From positions 1 through 37,147 of the forward strand of contig JBLNCF010000014.1 of the NCBI GenBank assembly GCA_050260455.1: 37,147 nucleotides of DNA, in the 5' to 3' direction. Within the stretch, counting starts at the first letter, position 1. Every line of letters begins with the position of its first letter. Below the pieces are notes generated by a model, which worked only from the letters and a program-made list of their open reading frames with translations, did not search any database and was not told the origin of the DNA. Shown one piece after another: positions 18,056 to 27,446 of this stretch. This DNA is from Bacillota bacterium (lineage in GTDB: Bacteria > Patescibacteriota > Minisyncoccia > Phycocordibacterales > Phycocordibacteraceae). The position numbers were made by a program, and so were the translations under genes.

Positions 18056-19270
18056 ATGAAGCCTCTTACGTTTGATATACATGCTCGACATGGTCGCGCT
18101 CGCGCCGGTACCCTTACCACCCTGCACGGCAGTATCGAGACTCCAGCGTTCGTACCAGTCGGTACCAAGGCTGGTGTGAAGGGCATTCTTCCTGAAATGC
18201 TTCAGAAAATTGGCGCCCAAGTGGTTCTCGCTAATACCTACCATCTCTATCTACAACCCGGTTCAGATGTCGTGAAAGAAGCTGGCGGACTGGGGAAGTT
18301 TATGGACTGGAAAGGCCCCACCATGACTGACTCGGGTGGCTTTCAGGTGTTCTCACTGGGTGCTGCTTTCGGTCGCACCATTACGAAGATTGCAAAAGGC
18401 GAGGAGAATGCACGCGATCAAGGAGTGACGGTGTACGACGAAGACGTGCAGAGTAAGCATGGCCAGCTCGCGGTGATTGACGACGAAGGAGTTACGTTTA
18501 CCTCGCATCTCGATGGCTCACTTCATCGCTTTACGCCAGAGCGTTCTATTGAAATCCAGCATGCATTGGGCGCGGACATGTTCTTCGCTTTTGATGAGTG
18601 CACTTCACCGACCGAGCCGTACGAGTATCAACGTGAGGCCATGTACCGTACGCATCGCTGGGCAGATCGATCTCTTAAAGCGCATCGTCAGAATATCGAG
18701 GCTAACCGCACCCAGGCGATCTTCGGTATTGTGCAGGGCGGACGCCATGAAGATCTGCGGCGCGAAAGTGCTCGCGAGATAGCAAGCATGGATTTTGATG
18801 GATACGGCATTGGCGGATCCTTTAGTAAGGAGGATATGGAAGGAGCGCTCCAGGCTGCGATACCCGAATTGCCGGAAGAGAAGCCGCGCCACTTCCTTGG
18901 TATCGGTGAGCCAGGCGATGTACTCACAGGTATTGCAGAAGGCATGGATCTATTTGACTGTGTTGCACCCACACGGCTTGGTCGTCATGGCCGTATCTAT
19001 ACGAAGCGCGGCACCATCAACCTTCTCAATGAGAAATATAAGAACGACTTTGGACCGCTTGATTCGGAAACGGTTGTTCCAGGCACAGAAGGATTTACGC
19101 GGGCATACGTCGCACATCAGTTACGCGCCGGCGAGATGCTTGGGCAGATGATTGCCTCGATGCATAATCTCGGTTTCCTTATACAGCTGGTAGATGGGGC
19201 ACGTGAAGCGCTTCAGGCAGGGAAGTTCGATGAATACCGAGCGGAGTTCGCGAGGAATTACTACGCATAA
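18056..19270 (+). CDS. tgt: tRNA-guanine(34) transglycosylase
   Basis: TPAFVPVGT, LANTYHL, TDSGGFQVFSL, FDEC, FGIVQGG, KPRHFLGIG and DLFDCVAPTR motifs. Confidence 0.95.
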   Translation: MKPLTFDIHARHGRARAGTLTTLHGSIETPAFVPVGTKAGVKGILPEMLQKIGAQVVLANTYHLYLQPGSDVVKEAGGLGKFMDWKGPTMTDSGGFQVFSLGAAFGRTITKIAKGEENARDQGVTVYDEDVQSKHGQLAVIDDEGVTFTSHLDGSLHRFTPERSIEIQHALGADMFFAFDECTSPTEPYEYQREAMYRTHRWADRSLKAHRQNIEANRTQAIFGIVQGGRHEDLRRESAREIASMDFDGYGIGGSFSKEDMEGALQAAIPELPEEKPRHFLGIGEPGDVLTGIAEGMDLFDCVAPTRLGRHGRIYTKRGTINLLNEKYKNDFGPLDSETVVPGTEGFTRAYVAHQLRAGEMLGQMIASMHNLGFLIQLVDGAREALQAGKFDEYRAEFARNYYA

Positions 19271-19277
19271 CAAGCTA

Positions 19278-19297
19278 GGGACGACCGAGGTCGTCCC
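19278..19297. terminator. Hairpin between convergent tgt and ORFan
   Basis: GGGACGAC-CGAG-GTCGTCCC stem-loop. Confidence 0.55.
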
Positions 19298-19305
19298 ATA
19301 GCACG

Positions 19306-19737
19306 TTACGCCGTACCGCACCCGAGATAGCTCTGCGACCAGAGCGTCTCTGAGCGAGTAAAGAGCGAGAAGGTTAGAACAAGTCCATTTGGATTTTCTG
19401 GATCATAATTCCCTTCAGGCTCAATCGTCTCGAACCCAAGTTCAGCAAGCGATGCTGCGATCTCGCAGAGCCGGTCATGGGAAGGTTTGGCGAACACCGG
19501 CTGTCTTACGTGCAGCACGACGTGGGTGGCAGTGGGTTCCATGGCTGCGGCAACCAAGCACCAGATGACATCATCTACCGTCAGGTTGTCGTAGAAGACG
19601 GGAAGCCATATCCTGAACGGAATCTGCGTCTTGGTGTGCCCAAAGCCGTGGTGTCGCGCGAACCAGGATTGGTTCAAGGTGAGTCCGTGATCCCGGGTTT
19701 CAGCCAAGTGGAGGCCGAACGAGAGATGCTCGCTCAT
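19306..19737 (-). CDS. Hypothetical protein (ORFan), 143 aa
   Basis: SD GGAGG 8 nt before the ATG; fills the gap between tgt and the true uvrB start. Confidence 0.6.
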   Translation of the reverse strand: MSEHLSFGLHLAETRDHGLTLNQSWFARHHGFGHTKTQIPFRIWLPVFYDNLTVDDVIWCLVAAAMEPTATHVVLHVRQPVFAKPSHDRLCEIAASLAELGFETIEPEGNYDPENPNGLVLTFSLFTRSETLWSQSYLGCGTA

Positions 19738-19788
19738 AGTATTTCCTCCGAAAGTGCCAAGTTACTCATTTCACTATACACTGCCTCT

Positions 19789-21852
19789 ATGTCGGCATTC
19801 AGGATGCATCAGCCGTTCCCTCCGGCAGGCGATCAACCGAAGGCTATTAAGAAACTGACGGAGGGTATTGAAAAGGGTCTTCATCACCAGACCCTTCTTG
19901 GCGTTACCGGTTCGGGCAAGACCTACACCATCGCAAATGTCATTCAAAACGTAGGGAAGCCCACGCTCGTACTTGCGCATAATAAGACGCTTGCTGCACA
20001 GCTTGCGCAGGAGTATCGAGAGTTCTTTCCAGAGCATGCGGTGCACTATTTTGTCTCGTACTACGACTATTACCAGCCGGAAGCGTACATTGCGCATTCA
20101 GATACCTACATCGAAAAGGAAGCGCAAATTAATGCGGAGATCGACCGCTTGCGTCATGCGGCAACGCAGGCGCTTCTGACACGCAAGGATGTCATTATCG
20201 TCGCATCTGTTTCTGCTATTTACGGTCTCGGTTCGCCTGAACGATACGAGAAGGTACACGTGAAGCTCGTGAAGGGAGGTGAGGGAGATCGTGCGTCGTT
20301 CATTCGTAAGCTGGTGGGAATCTATTTTGAGCGTACGAATGCGGATCTGGAGCCAGGGAAGTTCCGTGCGGTCGGAAACGCGGTGGAGCTTATGCCGGTC
20401 AACGAGCGCGCCATCTACAAAGTAAGTTTCGATGGAGATACCATCGCGCACATCGACGCGCTTGATCCGGTCTCGCGGGCAAAAACAGGGGAGCCGGATT
20501 CCCTCTTCGTCTTCCCTGCTAAGCACTTCGTTACGGACGAAGATGAGCGCACTCGCGCACTCGAAGATATCCGCAGGGAACTCGACGAGCGACTTGAGCA
20601 GCTGAAGCGAGAAGAGAAACCGCTCGAAGCAGAGCGTCTGAAGCGTCGTACGCTTCACGATCTCGCGATGATACGCGAAGTCGGGTATACCAACGGCATT
20701 GAGAATTACTCCCGACACTTCGATGGGCGAGCGCCAGGGGAGCCGCCGCATACGCTCTTGTCCTACTTTCCTCATACGAAAGATGGTTCTGCAGATTTCC
20801 TCACGGTTATTGATGAGTCGCATGTAACCGTGAGTCAGATTGGTGGCATGTATGCAGGCGATCGTTCCCGCAAAGATGTGCTCATTGAACATGGATTCCG
20901 ACTTCCCTCTGCGCGTGATAATCGTCCTCTTACGTTTGAGGAATTCGAAGAACGCATAGGGCAGGTCATCTACACCTCGGCTACACCCGGTAATTACGAA
21001 AAGGAGCATTCCGTACCACCCGACGGCCAGATAGCAGAGCAGATTATTCGTCCTACTGGTCTCGTAGATCCTGAACTCACCGTGCGACCCATTACCGAGA
21101 CTGATGACTTCCCTGGTCAGATTGCTGATTTTATTGAAGAGGCGGACACGGTCATCAAACGCGGCGGTCGAGCACTTGCCACCACGCTCACCAAACAAAT
21201 GGCTGAAGATCTGGCCGAGTTCCTGCGCGCTCGCGGAATAAAAGCCGAATATCTCCATTCGGATGTGAAGACCATCGATCGCATCACCCTCCTTACCGAG
21301 TTTCGTAAGGGTACCTTCGACATCCTGGTGGGTGTGAATCTCTTGCGCGAAGGGCTCGATCTTCCGGAAGTGGAGCTCGTGGGTATTTTGGATGCCGATA
21401 AAGAAGGATTCCTACGCAGTGAGACCTCGCTCATCCAGACTATTGGGCGTGCTGCTCGTAACGTGCTTGGTCGCGTCATTTTGTATGCCGACCAGATGAC
21501 CGGGTCGCTTGAACGAGCGATAAGCGAGACCAACCGTCGTCGTGAGCTGCAGCTTGCATACAACAAAGAGCATGGCATCACGCCGGCAACCGTGAAAAAA
21601 GAGATTCGCGATATCGCCGAATCGCTCCGTACGGAGCACCAGCGTACGGTGGAGGAACTACTTACGCTTGACGCGAAGCTCTACAAAGAAGATCCGGACG
21701 CATTCCTCAAGGAAAAGCGTCGCCAGATGAGCGAAGCGGTGGAGAACCTTGATTTCGAGACTGCCGCGATACTGCGAGACGAAATCTACGTACTTGAAGG
21801 GAAGGAACCCAAGTCAGCTCCGCCTGCGCGAGCCCGCAAACGAAAGCGCTAG
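19789..21852 (+). CDS. uvrB: Excinuclease ABC subunit B
   Basis: PAGDQP, LLGVTGSGKT, HNKTLAAQL, FVSYYDYYQPEAY, DESH and QTIGRAARN motifs plus a C-terminal UVR domain. True start MSAFRM at 19789. Confidence 0.97.
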   Translation: MSAFRMHQPFPPAGDQPKAIKKLTEGIEKGLHHQTLLGVTGSGKTYTIANVIQNVGKPTLVLAHNKTLAAQLAQEYREFFPEHAVHYFVSYYDYYQPEAYIAHSDTYIEKEAQINAEIDRLRHAATQALLTRKDVIIVASVSAIYGLGSPERYEKVHVKLVKGGEGDRASFIRKLVGIYFERTNADLEPGKFRAVGNAVELMPVNERAIYKVSFDGDTIAHIDALDPVSRAKTGEPDSLFVFPAKHFVTDEDERTRALEDIRRELDERLEQLKREEKPLEAERLKRRTLHDLAMIREVGYTNGIENYSRHFDGRAPGEPPHTLLSYFPHTKDGSADFLTVIDESHVTVSQIGGMYAGDRSRKDVLIEHGFRLPSARDNRPLTFEEFEERIGQVIYTSATPGNYEKEHSVPPDGQIAEQIIRPTGLVDPELTVRPITETDDFPGQIADFIEEADTVIKRGGRALATTLTKQMAEDLAEFLRARGIKAEYLHSDVKTIDRITLLTEFRKGTFDILVGVNLLREGLDLPEVELVGILDADKEGFLRSETSLIQTIGRAARNVLGRVILYADQMTGSLERAISETNRRRELQLAYNKEHGITPATVKKEIRDIAESLRTEHQRTVEELLTLDAKLYKEDPDAFLKEKRRQMSEAVENLDFETAAILRDEIYVLEGKEPKSAPPARARKRKR

Positions 21853-21869
21853 GGTGCTAGAATTCGGGC

Positions 21870-22967
21870 ATGAGCATTCGCGCGCTCCTGTCTCTGCTGT
21901 TCATCGGCTCGCTTGCGATTATTCTCGGGTTCATCGCCCTGTCGCTGCGCATACTCTGGCTCTTATTGAGCGACGTACTCCCGCCGGCCATCACGGTTGG
22001 TACGTACACGCTTCCTACCACTTGGGCACTGCTGCTGGTGGGATTCCTCCTGTTCGCTCTTATCGTATTCCTGTTCTCGTTTTTATATCTCCTGGTAGAT
22101 CGCATGATTGTGCAGCCGATGAAGTACATCGCCAACGCGATGCATGAGTTTGCGGTCCACAGTCACCAGGAGCCTTTGCCTCCGTTCTCCCGTACCACCA
22201 ATGAGGTGCGATGGTTTGCCGATGTATTCGTCGAGTTCACGGACAGTGTGGAGCGGGTGCACAAGCGAGATATGGAAGTGTCACGGGTGAAGTCTGACTT
22301 CATCTCGACCGCGGCGCACCAGTTGCGCACCCCTATGACGGGTATTCGCTGGGCACTTGAGGCGCTTCAGAAGACGGAGCTTACGCCCGACCAGCAGGCA
22401 CTCATCGATAGCGCGGTAGGGAAAAGTCATGACCTGGTTTCCATTATCGGAACACTGCTTGATATCTCTTCCATCGAATCTGGTAAATACAATTATCGAT
22501 TCGAGGCGGTGGACATGGACGCCATGCTCGAAGATATTGCTCGGGATTTCTCGCCCATGGCCCAGCAGCAGAAGATCTCGCTCTATTACGAGAGATCGGA
22601 AGTGCCGCCGGGGAAGGTGCGTGCGGATCGTGAGCGCATCAAATGGGTGCTCAACAACCTGGTGGAGAATGCCATCCGCTATACACCCGAGGGCGGCACA
22701 GTGCACCTTTCTCTTGAGGTGGCACCGGGACGGCTGCTCGTTCGCGTGAAGGACTCGGGTATTGGTATCGCCGATGCGGATCGTGGCAATATCTTCGAGC
22801 GCTTCTATCGTGCACCGAACGCCATCCAGAAACAGAATTCGGGTAACGGTCTCGGTCTCTACATTGCACGCACGATCGCGACCGATCATGGCGGGGATCT
22901 CAATTTCGAGGCCAATGCGGCTGGTCCCGGCACCACATTTGCGCTCTCACTGCCCCTTGCTGGATAG
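21870..22967 (+). CDS. HAMP-domain sensor histidine kinase
   Basis: Two TM helices, H-box AAHQLRTP, N-box NLVENAIRY, G1 DSGIG, F box FERFYR and G2 GNGLGL. Confidence 0.93.
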   Translation: MSIRALLSLLFIGSLAIILGFIALSLRILWLLLSDVLPPAITVGTYTLPTTWALLLVGFLLFALIVFLFSFLYLLVDRMIVQPMKYIANAMHEFAVHSHQEPLPPFSRTTNEVRWFADVFVEFTDSVERVHKRDMEVSRVKSDFISTAAHQLRTPMTGIRWALEALQKTELTPDQQALIDSAVGKSHDLVSIIGTLLDISSIESGKYNYRFEAVDMDAMLEDIARDFSPMAQQQKISLYYERSEVPPGKVRADRERIKWVLNNLVENAIRYTPEGGTVHLSLEVAPGRLLVRVKDSGIGIADADRGNIFERFYRAPNAIQKQNSGNGLGLYIARTIATDHGGDLNFEANAAGPGTTFALSLPLAG

Positions 22968-22993
22968 GTGAGGCAGGGTGCTAGACTAGTGAT

Positions 22994-23383
22994 ATGGCAG
23001 AAACCAAATTCATCCTGGTGGTCGAGGACGATCCGATTCTAAAGAATCTCCTCGGCCATACGCTCGCTGGGAAGTATCAAACGCTCTATGCCAACGATGG
23101 CAATGAAGCGATCAGCCTCTTCGAGCAGTACAAACCTACGCTCGTCCTCCTCGATCTCATGCTCCCGACCATGGATGGATTCGCGGTCCTTGAATCTATT
23201 CGGAAACGTACTGATGAACTTGCGAAAGTACCCATCATTGTAGTTTCGAATCTCGGCCAGCAGAAGGATATTGACCGAGCTAAATCTCTCGGTGCGACTG
23301 ACTATCTCATCAAAGCTGAAGTGCCGATTGAGGACATTGTGAAGAAGATAGAGAGTACGCTTGGCGCTTCGCCTGTAGCATGA
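22994..23383 (+). CDS. Single-domain response regulator
   Basis: ILVVEDD, LLDLMLP..DG, VVSN and GATDYLIK motifs; no output domain. Confidence 0.93.
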   Translation: MAETKFILVVEDDPILKNLLGHTLAGKYQTLYANDGNEAISLFEQYKPTLVLLDLMLPTMDGFAVLESIRKRTDELAKVPIIVVSNLGQQKDIDRAKSLGATDYLIKAEVPIEDIVKKIESTLGASPVA

Positions 23384-24135
23384 CCCGGGAACGCGCTCCT
23401 CGTATCCCCTCACCTTCACCGGAAGAACGGGAACGATCTCGGCGCGCGTATCAAGAAGCCGATCCGACCACGTATTCTGAACTACGTCTCCAAGGTCATA
23501 CCAAGGATCTCGGTACGGTTGCCGAACGTGGTGAGGATTACTTCCGCGAGAATCAGGTGATAGGGAATCGTGGTGAGCAGTTTTATGAACTCGATAAGAT
23601 ACCGATGAGTCAGCAAGTGGCGGCACGACTCCTGAAAGGAATCATCAACGTGTCGGACGTGGTTTCAGATGGTGATCCGTACTGGCCTAAGATGTATTCA
23701 AAACGCATGCCACTCTCCAAGGTAGCGGAAACACTCGACCCAGAGGAGGTGGTTGCTGATACAGAGCTCATCAATCTCATACTGGGTGATATCGATCACA
23801 TCGCACCGATGCATAACGTGCGTGTCGAGGAGGGAAAGGCTGCATATTTCGACTTCGGCGGTGCAGAATTCAAAACAGGGCCGATGAGCTTGCGAAATAG
23901 CCTTTCCGAACGTTCCCTGACGCGTCTGGCTGATCACGTTCAGGAACTCAAGAAGCGTTACCTCTCTGCCGAGGGGAAGGAATTCGCCCGTGCCATATAC
24001 GCGCAGGGAGAGCAGTATCCTGATACGGACATTCAGCAATCATTCGATGATTTTTATGCCGTTCTTTCTGACCGTATCCTCAAAGCGGAGGAATTGGTAG
24101 AACGACGTCTCGGATCCCGGAAACGAGCTGCATAA
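23380..24135 (+). CDS. Hypothetical protein, possible atypical (HipA/PI3K-like) kinase fold
   Basis: ATGA overlap with the response regulator stop; LILGDIDH....HNV......YFDFG resembles a catalytic loop plus DFG. Confidence 0.55.
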   Translation: MTRERAPRIPSPSPEERERSRRAYQEADPTTYSELRLQGHTKDLGTVAERGEDYFRENQVIGNRGEQFYELDKIPMSQQVAARLLKGIINVSDVVSDGDPYWPKMYSKRMPLSKVAETLDPEEVVADTELINLILGDIDHIAPMHNVRVEEGKAAYFDFGGAEFKTGPMSLRNSLSERSLTRLADHVQELKKRYLSAEGKEFARAIYAQGEQYPDTDIQQSFDDFYAVLSDRILKAEELVERRLGSRKRAA

Positions 24136-24189
24136 AGCTGCTGTGCTATACTCCTCCCGTACCGGTCCCGCCACGGACTGGCGATTTCC

Positions 24190-26835
24190 ATGGCTAGCAA
24201 GAAACCAGCAAAGCACGAAACGGCGCACGGGGAGGAATGGATCCGCGTGAAGGGTGCGCGTACTCATAACCTCAAGAACATCAATACGGAGTTCCCGCGG
24301 GGTGCCATGACGGTGGTTACGGGTCTTTCTGGATCAGGGAAATCCTCCTTTGCGTTCGATACGATTTTTGCCGAGGGGCAGCGACGATATGTGGAATCGC
24401 TTTCGGCGTACGCGCGCCAGTTCTTGAACCAGATGCAGAAGCCGGATGTGGATGAGATCGCTGGACTCTCACCGGCCATTTCCATAGATCAGAAGTCTCG
24501 ATCAAATAACCCGCGCTCCACCGTGGCGACGGTTACCGAGATCTATGACTATCTTCGCGTGCTCTATGCCCGTGCAGGTCAGCCGTATTGTCTTGATCAC
24601 GATGTGCCTATCGCTAAGCTTTCTAAGGAGGAGATGATTCGCCTGGTCCTTGAGCGTATTCGTATCAAATCGGGCGCCAAAGAAGGCGAGGTAATGGGTG
24701 TACCGCTCGACCGGAGCGCCGTTACGATCTACTCGCCCGTGGTGGTTGGTCGCAAGGGTGAGTACTACCAGCTTCTCTACGATCTTCTCGGGAAGGGATA
24801 TGAAAAGGCAGTTATTGATGGGAAGCTCCATTCGCTTCGTGAGAAGGTCGTGCTCGATCGTAACAAGCGTCATGACATTGATGCGCAGGTCGATTCGATC
24901 TTTGTGTCAGAGTTCGTCCGTACGCCTGATGCTGCGCGCGAGCGTCTTTCTGAAGCACTAGAACTCGCACTCAAGGAGGCGGATGGGTTGGTGAAGATAC
25001 AGCATGCTGACGGAACATTTGAGACGCTGTCTTCGAAGTTCATTTGTCCGGACGATGGCACATCGTTCCCCGAGGTAGAGCCACGCCTCTTTTCCTTTAA
25101 TAGTCCATACGGTGCATGCCCAGCTTGTAACGGTCTTGGTACCAAGTCACTCTTTTCGGAAGAGATGTGTCCGGTGTGTGAGGGGAAACGCCTTCGCCCT
25201 GAAGCGCTCCGGGTATATCTGTCCGGTAAGAAGAATCCGAAGATAAACAACGGTCTGGGTATCAATGTGGTTGATTTCACTAATTTCTCCATACGGGAGG
25301 CCAAGGAATTCATGGATCACTTGGAACTCTCTGAAATGCGTGCAGAGATCGCCTATCCCATCATTCGTGAGATCACGAGTCGCCTTGATTTTATGCTGAA
25401 TGTCGGCCTCGATTACCTGACGCTCAATCGTTCGGCGGCGACACTCTCCGGTGGAGAAGCGCAGCGTATTCGACTCGCCTCCCAGCTTGGTACCGGACTT
25501 GTGGGTGCGCTCTATGTGCTCGATGAGCCGACCATCGGTCTCCATCAGCGCGATAACGATCGTCTTATCCAAACGCTCCTCTCACTAAAGGAGCTCGGTA
25601 ACACCATTCTCGTGGTTGAGCATGATGAGGACACGATTTATGCATCCGATTACATCATCGACATCGGACCTGGCGCCGGTACACACGGGGGTAAGGTGGT
25701 TGCTTCTGGTTGGCTCGATGATCTCCTCACTGCGACCAAGAATGAGAGTGGCAGCAAAACGCTCGCATATCTGCGCGAGGAGGACGCGATACCAGTTCCC
25801 GAGGAACGACGTACGAGCGAAAAAGGCTCAATAAAAATCCGTGGAGCAACCCTGCACAATCTTAAGAATCAGAATGTGGATGTGCCGCTTGGTAAGCTGG
25901 TGTGCATCACGGGCGTGTCAGGATCAGGCAAGTCGACCTTCCTCTACGACATCTTGCATCGCAATGTGGCGGCACGCATGGCAAAACGCGAAGCGAAGCC
26001 CGAACACGTGGCAAGTATTACTGGCACCGAATATATCGGTCGCACCGTGCTTATAGACCAGTCTCCCATTGGCCGTACCCCACGCTCTAATCCCGCTACC
26101 TACACAGGCGCCTTTACCCATATCCGTGATTTGTTCGCCGCATCGCCTGAAGCGCGAGCTCGTGGTTGGAAACCGGGCCGCTTCTCATTCAATGTTGCTG
26201 GCGGTCGTTGTGAAGCGTGTCAGGGTAACGGACAAATCGCAGTCGAAATGCACTTCCTACCTACAGTGTATGTCACCTGTGATGTGTGTAATGGAACCCG
26301 ATTCATGCGGGAGACGCTTGAAGTTACCTACCGCGGAAAGAATATCTACGAGGTGCTGCAGATGACTATTGAAGAAGCCGAAGAGTTCTTTAAGGATATT
26401 CCAGCTATTGCTGATCGCCTCGAGACTCTTAATTCGACCGGTCTTCAGTACCTCACGCTCGGACAATCTGCAACCACACTCTCCGGCGGTGAGGCACAGC
26501 GCGTGAAGATAGCGAGCGAACTGTATCGGCCCATCACGATGAAGACACTGTATCTCTTGGACGAACCAACGGTCGGTCTCCATTACGAAGATGTCCGCAA
26601 ACTGATCGACATCCTCCAGGAGTTGGTACGGCGGGGTAATACGGTGGTGGTCATTGAACACAACCTTGATGTCATTAAGTCTGCAGACTATCTCATCGAC
26701 TTTGGTCCTGAAGGCGGTGTCGGCGGCGGCAAGGTCATTGCTAAGGGAACCCCCGAAGAGATTGCTAAGGATGAGGATTCTCACACGGGTCGCTATCTCG
26801 CCAAGATGCTGAAAAAAGCAAAATCCAAGAAATAG
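24190..26835 (+). CDS. uvrA: Excinuclease ABC subunit A
   Basis: [26 protein letters not shown], two LSGGEAQR signatures, GVSGSGKS and Zn-finger motifs. Confidence 0.97.
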   Translation: MASKKPAKHETAHGEEWIRVKGARTHNLKNINTEFPRGAMTVVTGLSGSGKSSFAFDTIFAEGQRRYVESLSAYARQFLNQMQKPDVDEIAGLSPAISIDQKSRSNNPRSTVATVTEIYDYLRVLYARAGQPYCLDHDVPIAKLSKEEMIRLVLERIRIKSGAKEGEVMGVPLDRSAVTIYSPVVVGRKGEYYQLLYDLLGKGYEKAVIDGKLHSLREKVVLDRNKRHDIDAQVDSIFVSEFVRTPDAARERLSEALELALKEADGLVKIQHADGTFETLSSKFICPDDGTSFPEVEPRLFSFNSPYGACPACNGLGTKSLFSEEMCPVCEGKRLRPEALRVYLSGKKNPKINNGLGINVVDFTNFSIREAKEFMDHLELSEMRAEIAYPIIREITSRLDFMLNVGLDYLTLNRSAATLSGGEAQRIRLASQLGTGLVGALYVLDEPTIGLHQRDNDRLIQTLLSLKELGNTILVVEHDEDTIYASDYIIDIGPGAGTHGGKVVASGWLDDLLTATKNESGSKTLAYLREEDAIPVPEERRTSEKGSIKIRGATLHNLKNQNVDVPLGKLVCITGVSGSGKSTFLYDILHRNVAARMAKREAKPEHVASITGTEYIGRTVLIDQSPIGRTPRSNPATYTGAFTHIRDLFAASPEARARGWKPGRFSFNVAGGRCEACQGNGQIAVEMHFLPTVYVTCDVCNGTRFMRETLEVTYRGKNIYEVLQMTIEEAEEFFKDIPAIADRLETLNSTGLQYLTLGQSATTLSGGEAQRVKIASELYRPITMKTLYLLDEPTVGLHYEDVRKLIDILQELVRRGNTVVVIEHNLDVIKSADYLIDFGPEGGVGGGKVIAKGTPEEIAKDEDSHTGRYLAKMLKKAKSKK

Positions 26836-26892
26836 CGGGTGGTATACTAAGGCTTTAGAGTGCGTCTAGTTGGTTAGAAAAGGGGAAAGAGG

Positions 26893-27378
26893 ATGCCGGC
26901 AACCTGGTACGACTGTACTCGTCTGCGCCAGCGTCCTCGTTGGGACGCCGACGCTGGTCTCTGGTATACGGCGCAGACCCTTTCTAAGGATGGGTCTCCG
27001 ACGCCGATGCATCGGCACAAACCGCACGTGCGTGATATCTGCGGTCCGCTCATGGGCACGTCCATTCGCAGGGAGGGAGTAACCGTAGGAGTGAAATATC
27101 CCTGTCTGGACGATCGGCTGCGTATCTACCGCGAAGGTCTTGAGCTCGTCTATGTGTTTCGGGAGTACAAAGATCTGCTCGATCTTGCGGTGTATCGTAG
27201 GCAGGTGACCCGGCGGGGTGGTATTCCGCTCGACCGGCTCTTCTATGAGCTCGCGTGTGCTGCGGAGTTTCTCCCTACGGCCTGGGCCATGCTCGCACAG
27301 CGGATGCCTGATCGGGCTCCGATACGCGACATGTGCCTACGCCATGCAGTGGCTCCTGAAGTCCTGGCGGCGGAGTAA
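26893..27378 (+). CDS. Hypothetical protein (ORFan), 161 aa
   Basis: Purine-rich RBS upstream, TGGTATACT promoter-like motif at about 26840, terminator downstream. Confidence 0.55.
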   Translation: MPATWYDCTRLRQRPRWDADAGLWYTAQTLSKDGSPTPMHRHKPHVRDICGPLMGTSIRREGVTVGVKYPCLDDRLRIYREGLELVYVFREYKDLLDLAVYRRQVTRRGGIPLDRLFYELACAAEFLPTAWAMLAQRMPDRAPIRDMCLRHAVAPEVLAAE

Positions 27379-27388
27379 TGCGTCGGAG

Positions 27389-27421
27389 AGGCTCGGACGA
27401 ATGTCCGGGCCTTTTCCTTTT
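27389..27421 (+). terminator. Intrinsic terminator
   Basis: AGGCTCGGAC-GAAT-GTCCGGGCCT followed by TTTCCTTTT. Confidence 0.7.
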
Positions 27422-27446
27422 ATCCAGCCTGCGGCACACTGGCTTC

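Noticed and set aside
19477-19788. N-terminal extension of UvrB in the ORF track (likewise extensions of uvrC 27378, ddl 29045, mltG 35754, ECF sigma 3281)
   Set aside because: The extensions overlap other genes, terminators or promoters and lie upstream of where family homology begins.
24136-24189. LexA/SOS box upstream of uvrA (also checked uvrB)
   Set aside because: No CTGT-N8-ACAG or GAAC-N4-GTTC palindrome was seen.
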